Assembly: GCA_964532485.1 (NCBI GenBank)
Contig: CAZHKE010000011.1
Coordinates: 18,647 to 82,646 of the forward strand
DNA length: 64,000 nt
Direction: 5' to 3'
From: an uncultured Bifidobacteriaceae bacterium
GTDB lineage: Bacteria; Actinomycetota; Acidimicrobiia; IMCC26256; PALSA-555
Under the pieces are notes generated by a model. That model saw only the letters and a program-made list of their open reading frames with translations. It was not told the DNA's origin and ran no database searches. The translations under genes and the position numbers were made by a program. This document shows, one piece after another, positions 18,180 to 26,447 of this stretch (positions are counted from its first letter, which is position 1; every line of letters starts with the position of its first letter).

Positions 18180-18614
18180 CTAGATGCCGAACCCGGGCAA
18201 GGACGCCGCGGCCGACAGCACCGACTGGCCGTCGCCCTTGCGCTCGTTCCAGCGCTCGGCAGCCCAGATCTCGATCCGGCTGAAGACGCCGGCGACCACG
18301 ACCTCGCGGTCGAGTCCCGCGTACGCGCGCTGGTCGGCGGCGATGGGCACGCGACCCTGGGTGTCGGGCTTCACGTCGCGGGCGCCGGCGAAGAAGGCGC
18401 GCGCCGCGTCGAGCTGCGCGTCACCCTGCTTCGACAGGTCCCGGATCTCCTCGGCCACCCTCGTCCACTCCTCCGGCGTGTACACGACCAGGCAGTTGTG
18501 CTGCCCGATCCCGATCACCGCTCCGTCGGCGAGGGGGCCACGGAAGTCCATCGGAAGGATCAACCGACCCTTCGCGTCCAGGGAGTGTCGGTACTCCCCC
18601 AGAAAGTCCCTCAT
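18180..18614 (-). CDS. mraZ: Transcriptional regulator MraZ
   Basis: FLGEYRHSLDAKGRLILP and the duplicated DxxxR-type SpoVT/AbrB halves (DTQGRVPI) are present. It is the first gene of the dcw cluster. Confidence 0.93.
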   Translation of the reverse strand: MRDFLGEYRHSLDAKGRLILPMDFRGPLADGAVIGIGQHNCLVVYTPEEWTRVAEEIRDLSKQGDAQLDAARAFFAGARDVKPDTQGRVPIAADQRAYAGLDREVVVAGVFSRIEIWAAERWNERKGDGQSVLSAAASLPGFGI

Positions 18615-18670
18615 GTCCCCTCGCTGGGAAGGCTCCCCACCCCTCCCGCGAAGGATGGTGGGTGACTCCC

Positions 18671-18770
18671 CTCATCACCACTTCGCACCACCCTAAGCCC
18701 CCACACACCACCCGTCAACCCCCCTCAGCCCCACGACACCCCCTCGGCCACACGCTCATCACCACTTCGC
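18671..18770 (-). repeat. Two perfect 16-nt direct repeats (ctcatcaccacttcgc) flanking P_mraZ, 84 nt apart
   Basis: The copies lie at 18671-18686 and 18755-18770. On the transcribed strand they read GCGAAGTGGTGATGAG. One lies upstream of the -35 box, the other just downstream of the -10 box. Confidence 0.7.
18690..18718 (-). promoter_or_regulatory. Candidate housekeeping-sigma promoter of the dcw cluster (P_mraZ)
   Basis: On the minus strand: TTGACG (18718-18713), a 17-nt spacer, then TAGGGT (18695-18690), which matches TANNNT. The -10 box is about 75 nt upstream of the mraZ ATG. The spacer and downstream region are full of GTGG(T/G) boxes. Confidence 0.45.
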
Positions 18771-19030
18771 GCCCGTGAGCGCCCGCACCGGGGCGCCGCT
18801 CCGCCCCCGGTAGCTCACGGAAGCTGCGAACCGCGCCGCAGAACCAACCAGCCGCGAGCGGGCGCGACAGAGGCTCACGGATGAGCTGGTCGTGCCCTGC
18901 CCCCGGGGTCGGACGAGGGCAAGTTCGGCGAGGGCGGGCGCAGCCGGAGGCGGCGGCGGCCGAGACGATGTTCGAAGCTTCCGGGCGGCCCCGGGGGCAG
19001 GGCTACATCGGGTGGGCGCGAGCGGTGCGG

Positions 19031-19540
19031 CTAGGCGGGGACGGCTTCGAGGCCGGGGAGGTACTGGCTCCAGGCGGGGTCGACGCTGCCGGCGGTGGCG
19101 ACGAGCCAGAGGTCGGCGTGGGGCGTCGCGGGGGCTCGACGCAGGCGGAGACCGGCTTCGGGGGGGCTGCGGTCCTCCTTGCGGGCGTTGCAGGCGCGGC
19201 ACGACGCGACGACGTTCTCCCAGGAGTGCGCGCCGCCACGCGAGCGGGGCACGACGTGGTCGAGGTTCTCGGCGCTGCGTCCGCAGTACTGGCAACGGTG
19301 ATGGTCACGCGCGAAGACGGCGCGCCGCGACAGCGGGACGCGGGTCCGGTACGGGACTCGCACGAAGTGCACCAGGCGCACGACCGACGGGACCGGCACG
19401 GCTTGGCGCTCGGAGCGGAACGCCGCGCCGTTGTGCTCGACGATCTCGGCCTTCTCCTTGAGCACGAGCACCACGGCCCGGCGGGCAGGCACGACGCAGA
19501 GCGGCTCGAAGGTGGCGTTGAGCAGCAGCGCTCTCCCCAA
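19031..19540 (-). CDS. HNH endonuclease family protein
   Basis: RCQYCG...LDHVVPRSRGG..SWENVVASCRACNARK is an HNH/Zn-ribbon motif. The TTG start is preceded by GGAGG plus 6 nt. Confidence 0.85.
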   Translation of the reverse strand: MGRALLLNATFEPLCVVPARRAVVLVLKEKAEIVEHNGAAFRSERQAVPVPSVVRLVHFVRVPYRTRVPLSRRAVFARDHHRCQYCGRSAENLDHVVPRSRGGAHSWENVVASCRACNARKEDRSPPEAGLRLRRAPATPHADLWLVATAGSVDPAWSQYLPGLEAVPA

Positions 19541-19649
19541 GCCTCGCCTCCAGTCTCGGCCGTGTGCGTCGCGGGCCTCGAGATTCGGGAGCGAGTCTAC
19601 CGATGGACGCCCGAAGGCCGGGCGACAACCGCGTCGGCCCCGTCGATCC

Positions 19650-19919
19650 TCAGCGCCGCGCGAGCCGGTCCTGATCGCGGCACCACGCCAGGTACGAGAC
19701 GACGTCGGACGTGACCGGCGACGCGGTCGCGCCGTACTGGGTCTCCATGCGGAAGCGCAGGTACTGCCGGTCGGGCACGGGCACGAACGGCGGGCGGCGC
19801 CACCACGCCGCTCGTGCGGTGCGCGAGGCCGTGCGCGCCGCGATGGCCCAGAGACCTGGTCGACACGCGATCGCCACGAAGCACGCGAGCCATCCGCGGT
19901 GCCGTACGGAGCCGGGCAT
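19650..19919 (-). CDS. Hypothetical small protein (89 aa) with a hydrophobic N-terminal segment
   Basis: From ATG 19919: MPGSVRHRGWLACFVAIACRPGLWAIAA...WWRRPPFVPVPDRQYLRFRMETQYG...VVSYLAWCRDQDRLARR. By my hand count GC3 is about 88% in this frame. It is incompatible with the longest moxR ORF start. Confidence 0.55.
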   Translation of the reverse strand: MPGSVRHRGWLACFVAIACRPGLWAIAARTASRTARAAWWRRPPFVPVPDRQYLRFRMETQYGATASPVTSDVVSYLAWCRDQDRLARR

Positions 19920-19963
19920 CGGCGTCACGGTACTGCGCGAGGCCGCTGCTACCGTCCCCCGTC

Positions 19964-20935
19964 GTGGCACAAGCCGTGCCGGCCCGCCGGATCGACGTCG
20001 CCGCGCTCTTCGACGCCCTGCTGCGCAACGTGGAGCGCGTCATCCAGGGCAAGCGCGACCAGATCAGCCTCGCGCTGGTGTGCCTGCTCGCCGAGGGCCA
20101 TCTCCTCGTGGAGGACGTCCCCGGCGTCGGCAAGACCACGCTCGCCAAGGCCGTCGCCCGGTCGATCGCGGCCACGGCGCACCGGATCCAGTTCACGCCC
20201 GACCTGCTGCCATCCGACGTGCTCGGCGTCTCGGTGTGGAACCGCGCGTCCAACGAGTTCGAGTTCCGCGCTGGTGGCGTCTTCGCGCACGTCCTGCTCG
20301 CCGACGAGATCAACCGCGCGTCGCCGAAGACGCAGTCGGCGCTGCTCGAGGCGATGGAGGAGCGCCAGGTCACGGTCGACGCCCGGACGTACGCGCTCCC
20401 GCGCCCGTTCCTGGTCATCGCGACACAGAACCCGATCGAGCTCGAGGGCACGTACCCGCTCCCCGAGGCGCAGCTCGACCGCTTCCTCATGCGACTCCCC
20501 ATGGGCTACCCGAGCCGCGAGGCGGAGCTCGCGATCCTCGAGACGCACGGGACGGGATACGTGCACGTCGACTCGCTCGAGCCGGTGGCCTCCGCCGCTG
20601 ACATCGCGAACGCAGCCGACGCGGTGCAGAGCATCCACGTGGCCCCGGCGATCCAGCGCTACATCGTCGACGTCGTCGACGCGACCCGCGGTCACCCGGA
20701 TCTGACCTTGGGTGCGAGCCCGCGGGGCGCGCTCGCGCTCCAGCGGGCCTCCCGCGCCCTCGGCGCGGCACAGGGGCGCGACTATGTGATCCCAGATGAC
20801 GTCAAGCTCCTTGCCCCGACGGTCCTCGAGCACCGCGTGATCGTGACGCCCGAGGCAGGTCTGCGCGGCGTCACCGGCGTCGACGCGATCGACACCGTGC
20901 TGGGCCAGGTGCCCGTCCCCGGCGCTTCGGGGTGA
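19964..20935 (+). CDS. MoxR-family AAA+ ATPase
   Basis: Walker A (DVPGVGKTTLAK), Walker B (LLADEINRA), QNPIELEGTYPLPEAQLDRF. I prefer GTG 19964 (323 aa, a typical MoxR length). It is preceded by TACCGT, a -10-like box, 8 nt upstream. The track ORF starts at 19814. Confidence 0.88.
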   Translation: MAQAVPARRIDVAALFDALLRNVERVIQGKRDQISLALVCLLAEGHLLVEDVPGVGKTTLAKAVARSIAATAHRIQFTPDLLPSDVLGVSVWNRASNEFEFRAGGVFAHVLLADEINRASPKTQSALLEAMEERQVTVDARTYALPRPFLVIATQNPIELEGTYPLPEAQLDRFLMRLPMGYPSREAELAILETHGTGYVHVDSLEPVASAADIANAADAVQSIHVAPAIQRYIVDVVDATRGHPDLTLGASPRGALALQRASRALGAAQGRDYVIPDDVKLLAPTVLEHRVIVTPEAGLRGVTGVDAIDTVLGQVPVPGASG

Positions 20936-22128
20936 GCGCGGGCCCGACCCCGCTCGGCCGTCCCACTCCCACGCGGCGGGGCTGGGCGCTCGCCGGTGGG
21001 GCCGGTGGAGTGACGGTCGGGGCGATCATCCTGCAGAACGGCGCCCTCGCGGGCCTCGGCGTCACCGGCCTGCTGCTGCTCGCGTTCGCTCACCTCACCG
21101 TCATGCGCGCGCGACCGGCGCTCACCGTGCGGCGCACCGCGCACCCGCCGCGCGTCCACGTCGGTGCCGAGTGCAGCGTGGCGATCGAAGGCCGCACGCT
21201 CGCCCGCACCCCCCTGCTCATGCTCACCGAGCTCGTCGACGACGGTGTCCGCGTCGCCCGGTTCGCACTGCCCGCGGGTCCCGCCGACACGCCGGTGCGC
21301 GCCACGTACCGCGTCCCCACGACACGGCGTGGCCGACACGAGCTGGGGCCGCTCCTGGCGTTCGTCATCGACCCGTTCGGGCTCGCCCGGCGGGCATGGG
21401 AGGTGGCGACCCCCAACGACCTGATCGTGCGACCGCGCCTGCACACCGTGCTGTCGCCCCGCCGGGGTCCAGGTGGTGAACCCGACGTCCACGCCCAGGG
21501 CAAGCGCCTGCCGACGCACCAGACCGCGGCGGAGTTCCTCGCCCTGCGCGAGTACGAGCCCGGCGACGATCCCCGGCAGGTCAGCTGGCGCGCGACGGCT
21601 CGTCGCGGCGAGCTCATGGTTCGTCAGGACGAGGCGGCCGCCCCGGGCCGAGTCGTCGTCGTCCTCGACGTGCGCCCGGAGGTCCACGACGCGATGTCGT
21701 TCGAGGTGGCCGTCGAGGCGATCGCCTCCATCGCGGTCCAGGCCGCCAGGGACCAGATCCCGCTCGAGGCCGTGACGACCACCGGCGCGGTGCTGGGGCG
21801 CCCGACGCCCGGTGCTCTCGAGCTCGTGCTCGACCACCTCGCCGTGATCGAGCCCGAACGCCCCGATCACCTGGCTGCCCTGTGCGCGCAGCTCGCGACG
21901 CGACTCGGCGTCGGCGGGGTCGTCGTCGTCACCGGTGCGATCGACGCTGCGTCGACGCGCGCCGTCGCCCCGCTGTACGGCCGATGCGTCGTCTCCGTCG
22001 TCACGACGAAGCAGCCGAACGTCGCGCCGTCGATCCCCGGGCTCGTCGACGCGTGGTCGCAGCCGTTCGCGCCGTCGTGGAACCGTGCGGTCGCACTCGG
22101 CCGCCGCCGGATGCGGCGGAGCGCCTGA
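20932..22128 (+). CDS. DUF58 domain protein (MoxR-associated, vWA-like)
   Basis: The LALREYEPGDDPRQVSWRATARRGELMVRQ motif is present. It has two N-terminal TM segments and a GTGA overlap with the moxR stop. Confidence 0.85.
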   Translation: MSAGPTPLGRPTPTRRGWALAGGAGGVTVGAIILQNGALAGLGVTGLLLLAFAHLTVMRARPALTVRRTAHPPRVHVGAECSVAIEGRTLARTPLLMLTELVDDGVRVARFALPAGPADTPVRATYRVPTTRRGRHELGPLLAFVIDPFGLARRAWEVATPNDLIVRPRLHTVLSPRRGPGGEPDVHAQGKRLPTHQTAAEFLALREYEPGDDPRQVSWRATARRGELMVRQDEAAAPGRVVVVLDVRPEVHDAMSFEVAVEAIASIAVQAARDQIPLEAVTTTGAVLGRPTPGALELVLDHLAVIEPERPDHLAALCAQLATRLGVGGVVVVTGAIDAASTRAVAPLYGRCVVSVVTTKQPNVAPSIPGLVDAWSQPFAPSWNRAVALGRRRMRRSA

Positions 22129-22138
22129 GGCGAGACCG

Positions 22139-24439
22139 ATGGACTCCCGTGACCTCGCCGTCTCCGTCGCGCTCGCCGCGCTCAGCACCACGATCGCCGC
22201 CGCGTTCGGGCTGGTGCTGCAGGGTGACCGCTGGATCCTGCCGCTCATGGCCACGGCGCTGCTGCCGCACGTGGTGAGCGTGCTCGCACGCGCCCTGCGG
22301 CACGGCTCGCCGGTCATCGAGATCGGCGTCTCGCTCGTCCTCCTGCTCGTCGGCGTCACACTGCTCACCGGCCCGTCACCGGGCTCGGTGGTCGACGCGG
22401 TGCGGTCCGGGTTCGACGTGCTGAGCCGGACGCCGCCGATCCCCGCGACCGACGGGGTGATCGTCATCGCCGCCGGCGTCGTCTGGGGCGCGGCGACGAT
22501 CGCCGATCAGGTCGTGTTCCACCACGAAGGCTCGGTCGGGGCGATCGCGCCCGGCGTCGTCGTGATGATCGGCTTCGCGTCGACGGACACGAGCTCGGAC
22601 CTCTGGATCCCGATCTGCGCGTTCGGCGTCGCTGCGATCGTGTTCCTCATCCTCGAGCACCGTCGGCTGCTCGAGCGCCAGCGAACCTGGATCGGCGCAC
22701 GTCCGACCACCCGCGACGCCGTGTGGCTCGCGGGCGGGGGACTCCTCGTCGGCCTCGTCGCAGTGGGTCTCAGCGTCGGCGGTGCCGTGGCCGTCATCGA
22801 CTCCGATCGACCGCTCGTCGACTTCGGCGAGCTGCTCGCGCGAGGCGATGCGCCGACGAGCTACAACACGAACGTCGCACCACTGCTCAACGTCGGTGAC
22901 GAGCTGCGCCAACCCGAGATCGCGACGCTGTTCACGGTTCGTGCCGACGCACCGGCCTACTGGCGCATCGTCGCGCTCGACCAGTACTCCTCGCGCGACG
23001 GTGGCCAATGGACCCTGGAGGCGAGCCAGGACGAGGTCGACGACGCGCTCGACGACGCGGTCCCCGACGACGCGCTCTTCCAGCGCTACGAGATCACACC
23101 GGCGCTGTCGGAGCGCTGGATCCCCGCGGCCTACCGGGCTGTTGACGTCTCGGGCGCGAGCCTCGGGCTCGTGGTCCCGTCGTCCTCGACCCTGGTGACC
23201 GACGACCCCACGATCGCGGGCGCGCGCTACACGGTCCGCTCCGCGCTGCCCCCGAACGCGTCGGCGATCAACCGGGCTGCGGCCACGGCGGCTGTCCCCG
23301 ATGACGTACGACAGTTCACCGAGCTCCCCGACGACGTGCCGCCCGTCATCGCCGAAACCGCGCAAGCCGTCGCCGGGAACCTCCCCGATCCGGTCGCGAA
23401 GGCCGAGGCGCTGCGCGACTTCTTCCGCGATCCGTCGTTCGTCTACGACCCCGACGTCGTGCTCGGCGACGACGCGGCCGCGATCGACACGTTCATGCGG
23501 GACCGCCGCGGATTCTGCGTGCAGTTCGCGACGGCGTACGCCCTCATGGCGCGTTCGCTCGACATCCCGGCCCGCATCGGTGTGGGCTTCGTCCCGGGCA
23601 CGCTCGACCAGGCATCGGATGCGTACGTCGTGACGAACCAGGACGCTCACGCCTGGCCCGAGCTGTACTTCACCGGCGCCGGCTGGGCGACGCCATTCGA
23701 CCCCACGCCGCCCGGCAACGGCACGCTCCCCGGCGGCAGCGCGCTGCCGGGTGAGCTGCAGCCCGAGACCACGACCGAGACCACCCCCGGGACGGCAGCC
23801 CCTCCGCCCACCGTCCCTCAGGCGTCACCGACCCCGACCGCCGGGCCCGGCGACAGCACGCCCGCCACCGCGCCGTCGGACGGCGGCGGCGTGCAGATCC
23901 GGCCCGACCGGTCGACGCAGGACCCCGAGCCGCTGCTGCCGGCGTTCGTCCTCATCGCGCTGGTCCTGCTGCTGCTGCTCTCGCCGTTCGTCGTCGTGCT
24001 GGCGATGAAACGGCGTCGGCGGCGGCAGCGGCGCAACGATCCCGATCCGGTGGCTGCGATCGCCGGCGCTTGGCAAGAGGCGCTCGACACCCTCGCCGAC
24101 CACCGTCTCACGTCGTCGGAGTCCGACACCCCGTTTGAGACGGCGACGCGCGTCGCCCAGGGGACGAGCGACGCAACGCTGCCAGCGATGTCGTCCCTCG
24201 CGACGAGCTACACGGAAGCTCGCTACGCCGACCGCGCGCCGAGCCCGGCGCGCGTCGAGGGGGCGTGGCACGACGTCGATGGGCTGCGGGACGCGCTCGA
24301 CAGCTCGCTCGGTCCGTTCGCGAAGGCGCGCACACGCCTGTCGCTGCGGAGCCTGCGTCGAGACCGATCACGCGGACGCGACGACGATCGTGACCGCGAT
24401 CGCGAGCAGCCGACCGAACGCATCCCGGAGCGGGTGTAG
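22139..24439 (+). CDS. Transglutaminase-domain membrane protein (TgpA-like, with DUF4129-like C-terminus)
   Basis: It has a polytopic N-terminus, a transglutaminase core (RRGFCVQFATAYALMARSL...DAHAWPELYF), a Pro/Thr-rich linker, a TM segment and a C-terminal domain. The start is ATG 22139, just after the DUF58 stop. Confidence 0.88.
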   Translation: MDSRDLAVSVALAALSTTIAAAFGLVLQGDRWILPLMATALLPHVVSVLARALRHGSPVIEIGVSLVLLLVGVTLLTGPSPGSVVDAVRSGFDVLSRTPPIPATDGVIVIAAGVVWGAATIADQVVFHHEGSVGAIAPGVVVMIGFASTDTSSDLWIPICAFGVAAIVFLILEHRRLLERQRTWIGARPTTRDAVWLAGGGLLVGLVAVGLSVGGAVAVIDSDRPLVDFGELLARGDAPTSYNTNVAPLLNVGDELRQPEIATLFTVRADAPAYWRIVALDQYSSRDGGQWTLEASQDEVDDALDDAVPDDALFQRYEITPALSERWIPAAYRAVDVSGASLGLVVPSSSTLVTDDPTIAGARYTVRSALPPNASAINRAAATAAVPDDVRQFTELPDDVPPVIAETAQAVAGNLPDPVAKAEALRDFFRDPSFVYDPDVVLGDDAAAIDTFMRDRRGFCVQFATAYALMARSLDIPARIGVGFVPGTLDQASDAYVVTNQDAHAWPELYFTGAGWATPFDPTPPGNGTLPGGSALPGELQPETTTETTPGTAAPPPTVPQASPTPTAGPGDSTPATAPSDGGGVQIRPDRSTQDPEPLLPAFVLIALVLLLLLSPFVVVLAMKRRRRRQRRNDPDPVAAIAGAWQEALDTLADHRLTSSESDTPFETATRVAQGTSDATLPAMSSLATSYTEARYADRAPSPARVEGAWHDVDGLRDALDSSLGPFAKARTRLSLRSLRRDRSRGRDDDRDRDREQPTERIPERV

Positions 24440-24445
24440 GCCGGA

Positions 24446-24892
24446 TCAGCCTGACCCGGCCGGGTGGTCGCCGCGTCGGAGGTCGTCGACGAACGACTGC
24501 CGCTCCCGGGTGAACTCGCGGACGTCGGCTTCGACATCTGCGGCGAGACGGTCGACCGACACGAAGAGCGCGAGCTGGCCGTGTCGGAGCGCGTCGAGGA
24601 TCTGACCGTCGTCTCGACAGGCCCACACGCGGTCACCGTCGGTCACGAGTCGCAGCCCGGCGAGCTCGTCGCCGCCTCGCGCCACCTCGGCGAGCGCCCG
24701 ACGAACACGAGCGAGCGAGAGCCCGGCGTCGAGCAGCGACCGCACCATCCTCAGCGCGATGAGGTCACGGAACGCGTACGGCCCGTCGTCGTCGTCCGCG
24801 CGAGACACGACCAACCCCGCGCTCGCCCACGACTCGAGCTGCGTCGTCGTGCACCCCACGAGGCGGGCGGCTTGCTCCGCCGTGAATCCCAT
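24446..24892 (-). CDS. MerR-like helix-turn-helix transcriptional regulator
   Basis: It has an N-terminal HTH (FTAEQAARLVGCTTTQLESWASAGLV) and a MerR-like wing (YAFRDLIALRMVRSLLDAGLSLARVR). Confidence 0.75.
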   Translation of the reverse strand: MGFTAEQAARLVGCTTTQLESWASAGLVVSRADDDDGPYAFRDLIALRMVRSLLDAGLSLARVRRALAEVARGGDELAGLRLVTDGDRVWACRDDGQILDALRHGQLALFVSVDRLAADVEADVREFTRERQSFVDDLRRGDHPAGSG

Positions 24893-24951
24893 CCGGCGCG
24901 AGGTCTAGCGCGCTCGAGGCCTCTCTGGGCGCCCGGCCCGTGGTGCAGCCG

Positions 24952-25335
24952 TCAGGGGGTGTCGTCGTCCCGTTGCCAGCGCTCCCGCCACCGCTGGCCC
25001 GCGCTGCCGAACATGCCCTTGAGGGCGCCGCCCCGGATGTTGCCGGTGAGGCTCTCGAGCCCGGCCCGTCCGATCTTCCGAGCGTTGCGCTCGATCACGA
25101 GCAGGCAGAACAACATGATGAGGAAGCCGACCACGCCGAGTGCCAGGACGCTCGTGAACGTCAAGAGCATGAGGACGAGGCCGGCCACGAAGCCGAGAAC
25201 CGCCCACTTGATCATCCGCGAGGAGTGCCGGTACAGCGTGGTGTCGGACACCTGCTGCACCAGCTTCGGATCGGTGGCCGAGAGGTTGGCCTCGATCTCC
25301 CGGAGGATCCGCTGCTCGTCCTCAGATAGCGGCAT
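24952..25335 (-). CDS. DUF3040-family small membrane protein
   Basis: MPLSEDEQRILREIEANLSATDPKLV is followed by two TM segments. The start is ATG 25335; the longer track ORF is Arg/Gly-rich junk. Confidence 0.8.
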   Translation of the reverse strand: MPLSEDEQRILREIEANLSATDPKLVQQVSDTTLYRHSSRMIKWAVLGFVAGLVLMLLTFTSVLALGVVGFLIMLFCLLVIERNARKIGRAGLESLTGNIRGGALKGMFGSAGQRWRERWQRDDDTP

Positions 25336-25370
25336 GCTGGGCGTCAGTCTCGCGCAGGCGTGCTGCGTCC

Positions 25371-26447
25371 TCAACGCGGCGTCCGCCGAGGCATCCGCTG
25401 ATGCGCGAGGTCGACGGGCACGCCACCGCCCGCCGACGACCGGTACGCCGCCTCCACGATCCGGTGAGCGGCGAGCGCCACCTCGGCCCCGGGGCTCGGG
25501 GGCACGCCGGCGGCCAGCGCGTCGACGAACGCCTTCGCCGGCGTCGCGTACTGCGACAGCGGCTGCGCCACGTCGGTCGACAGCTCGAGGCGAGCCAGCC
25601 ACTCCGGCAGCGCCGGACGGATCTCGTGGTCGGCGTCGGCGGTCTCGACGTGGAGCGGGCCGAGGTTGTCGTCGTCGGCCCAGAGCAGCGCGTCCTCGCA
25701 GAAGATCTCGAGCCGGCGAGTCGATGCTCGCCGCAGGATCCGGTGCCAGACGCTCACGAGCGTCGCGACGCCGCCGTCGGCGAGACCGAACGTGACGTCC
25801 GCGACGTCGTCGATGCCGGCGTGGCCGAAGCGGCTCTCGATCCGTGCCGTCACGCGCACCGGATCACCGAGGATCCAGCGGAGCAGGTCGACGTCGTGGA
25901 TCGAGTGCTCCAGCAGCGTGCCCCCGCCGGCCTTGCCCACGTCGGCGCGCCACTCCGACGCGTACATCCCCTGGATCGGGAAGTACTGGTCGTCGCGGAG
26001 GATGGCCGCGAGGAGGCGACCGTGCGTGCCCGACGCGACCTCCGCAGCCGCCGCCTCGAACACGGGAGCGTGCCGGAGCACGAGGCCCACCTGGTGGGGC
26101 ACGCGCTCGAGCAGCCTCGCGATCTCCTCGCACTCCTCGATCGTCGGCGCCAAGGGCTTCTCGCAATAGACCGCGAGCCCGCGCTCCACCGCGGCGCGCA
26201 CGACGGGCAGGTGCGACGCGGTCCACGCGCAGACCCACACCGCATCGACCGCGTCGAGCAGCTCGTCGAGGTCACCCGCGACGCGTGCACCGTAGGAGTC
26301 GCCGAGGCGCTCCGCTCGCTCGCGCTCGGGATCGAACGTGGCGACGATGTCGGCATCGATCAGCCCGGCCCTCCGCAGCTCGCACAGCGCGAACGCGTGC
26401 ACCTGGGCGATGAACCCGCAGCCGGCGAACCCGATGCGAAGGCTCAC
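25371..26447 (-). CDS. Gfo/Idh/MocA family NAD(P)-dependent oxidoreductase
   Basis: It has a Rossmann N-terminus (RIGFAGCGFIAQVH) and an EKP motif (YCEKPLA). GTG 26447 overlaps the dinB stop (GTGA); GTG 26465 is an alternative. Confidence 0.85.
   Translation of the reverse strand: MSLRIGFAGCGFIAQVHAFALCELRRAGLIDADIVATFDPERERAERLGDSYGARVAGDLDELLDAVDAVWVCAWTASHLPVVRAAVERGLAVYCEKPLAPTIEECEEIARLLERVPHQVGLVLRHAPVFEAAAAEVASGTHGRLLAAILRDDQYFPIQGMYASEWRADVGKAGGGTLLEHSIHDVDLLRWILGDPVRVTARIESRFGHAGIDDVADVTFGLADGGVATLVSVWHRILRRASTRRLEIFCEDALLWADDDNLGPLHVETADADHEIRPALPEWLARLELSTDVAQPLSQYATPAKAFVDALAAGVPPSPGAEVALAAHRIVEAAYRSSAGGGVPVDLAHQRMPRRTPR

Noticed and set aside
18940-19030. GTTCGAAGC, resembling a tRNA T-loop, in the HNH-mraZ non-coding region
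   Set aside because: The flanking bases do not form a T-stem, acceptor stem or anticodon arm on either strand, so it is not a tRNA.
20782-22467. 561-aa minus-strand ORF
   Set aside because: It is antisense to the moxR 3' end, the DUF58 gene and the transglutaminase 5' end. It has no motifs.
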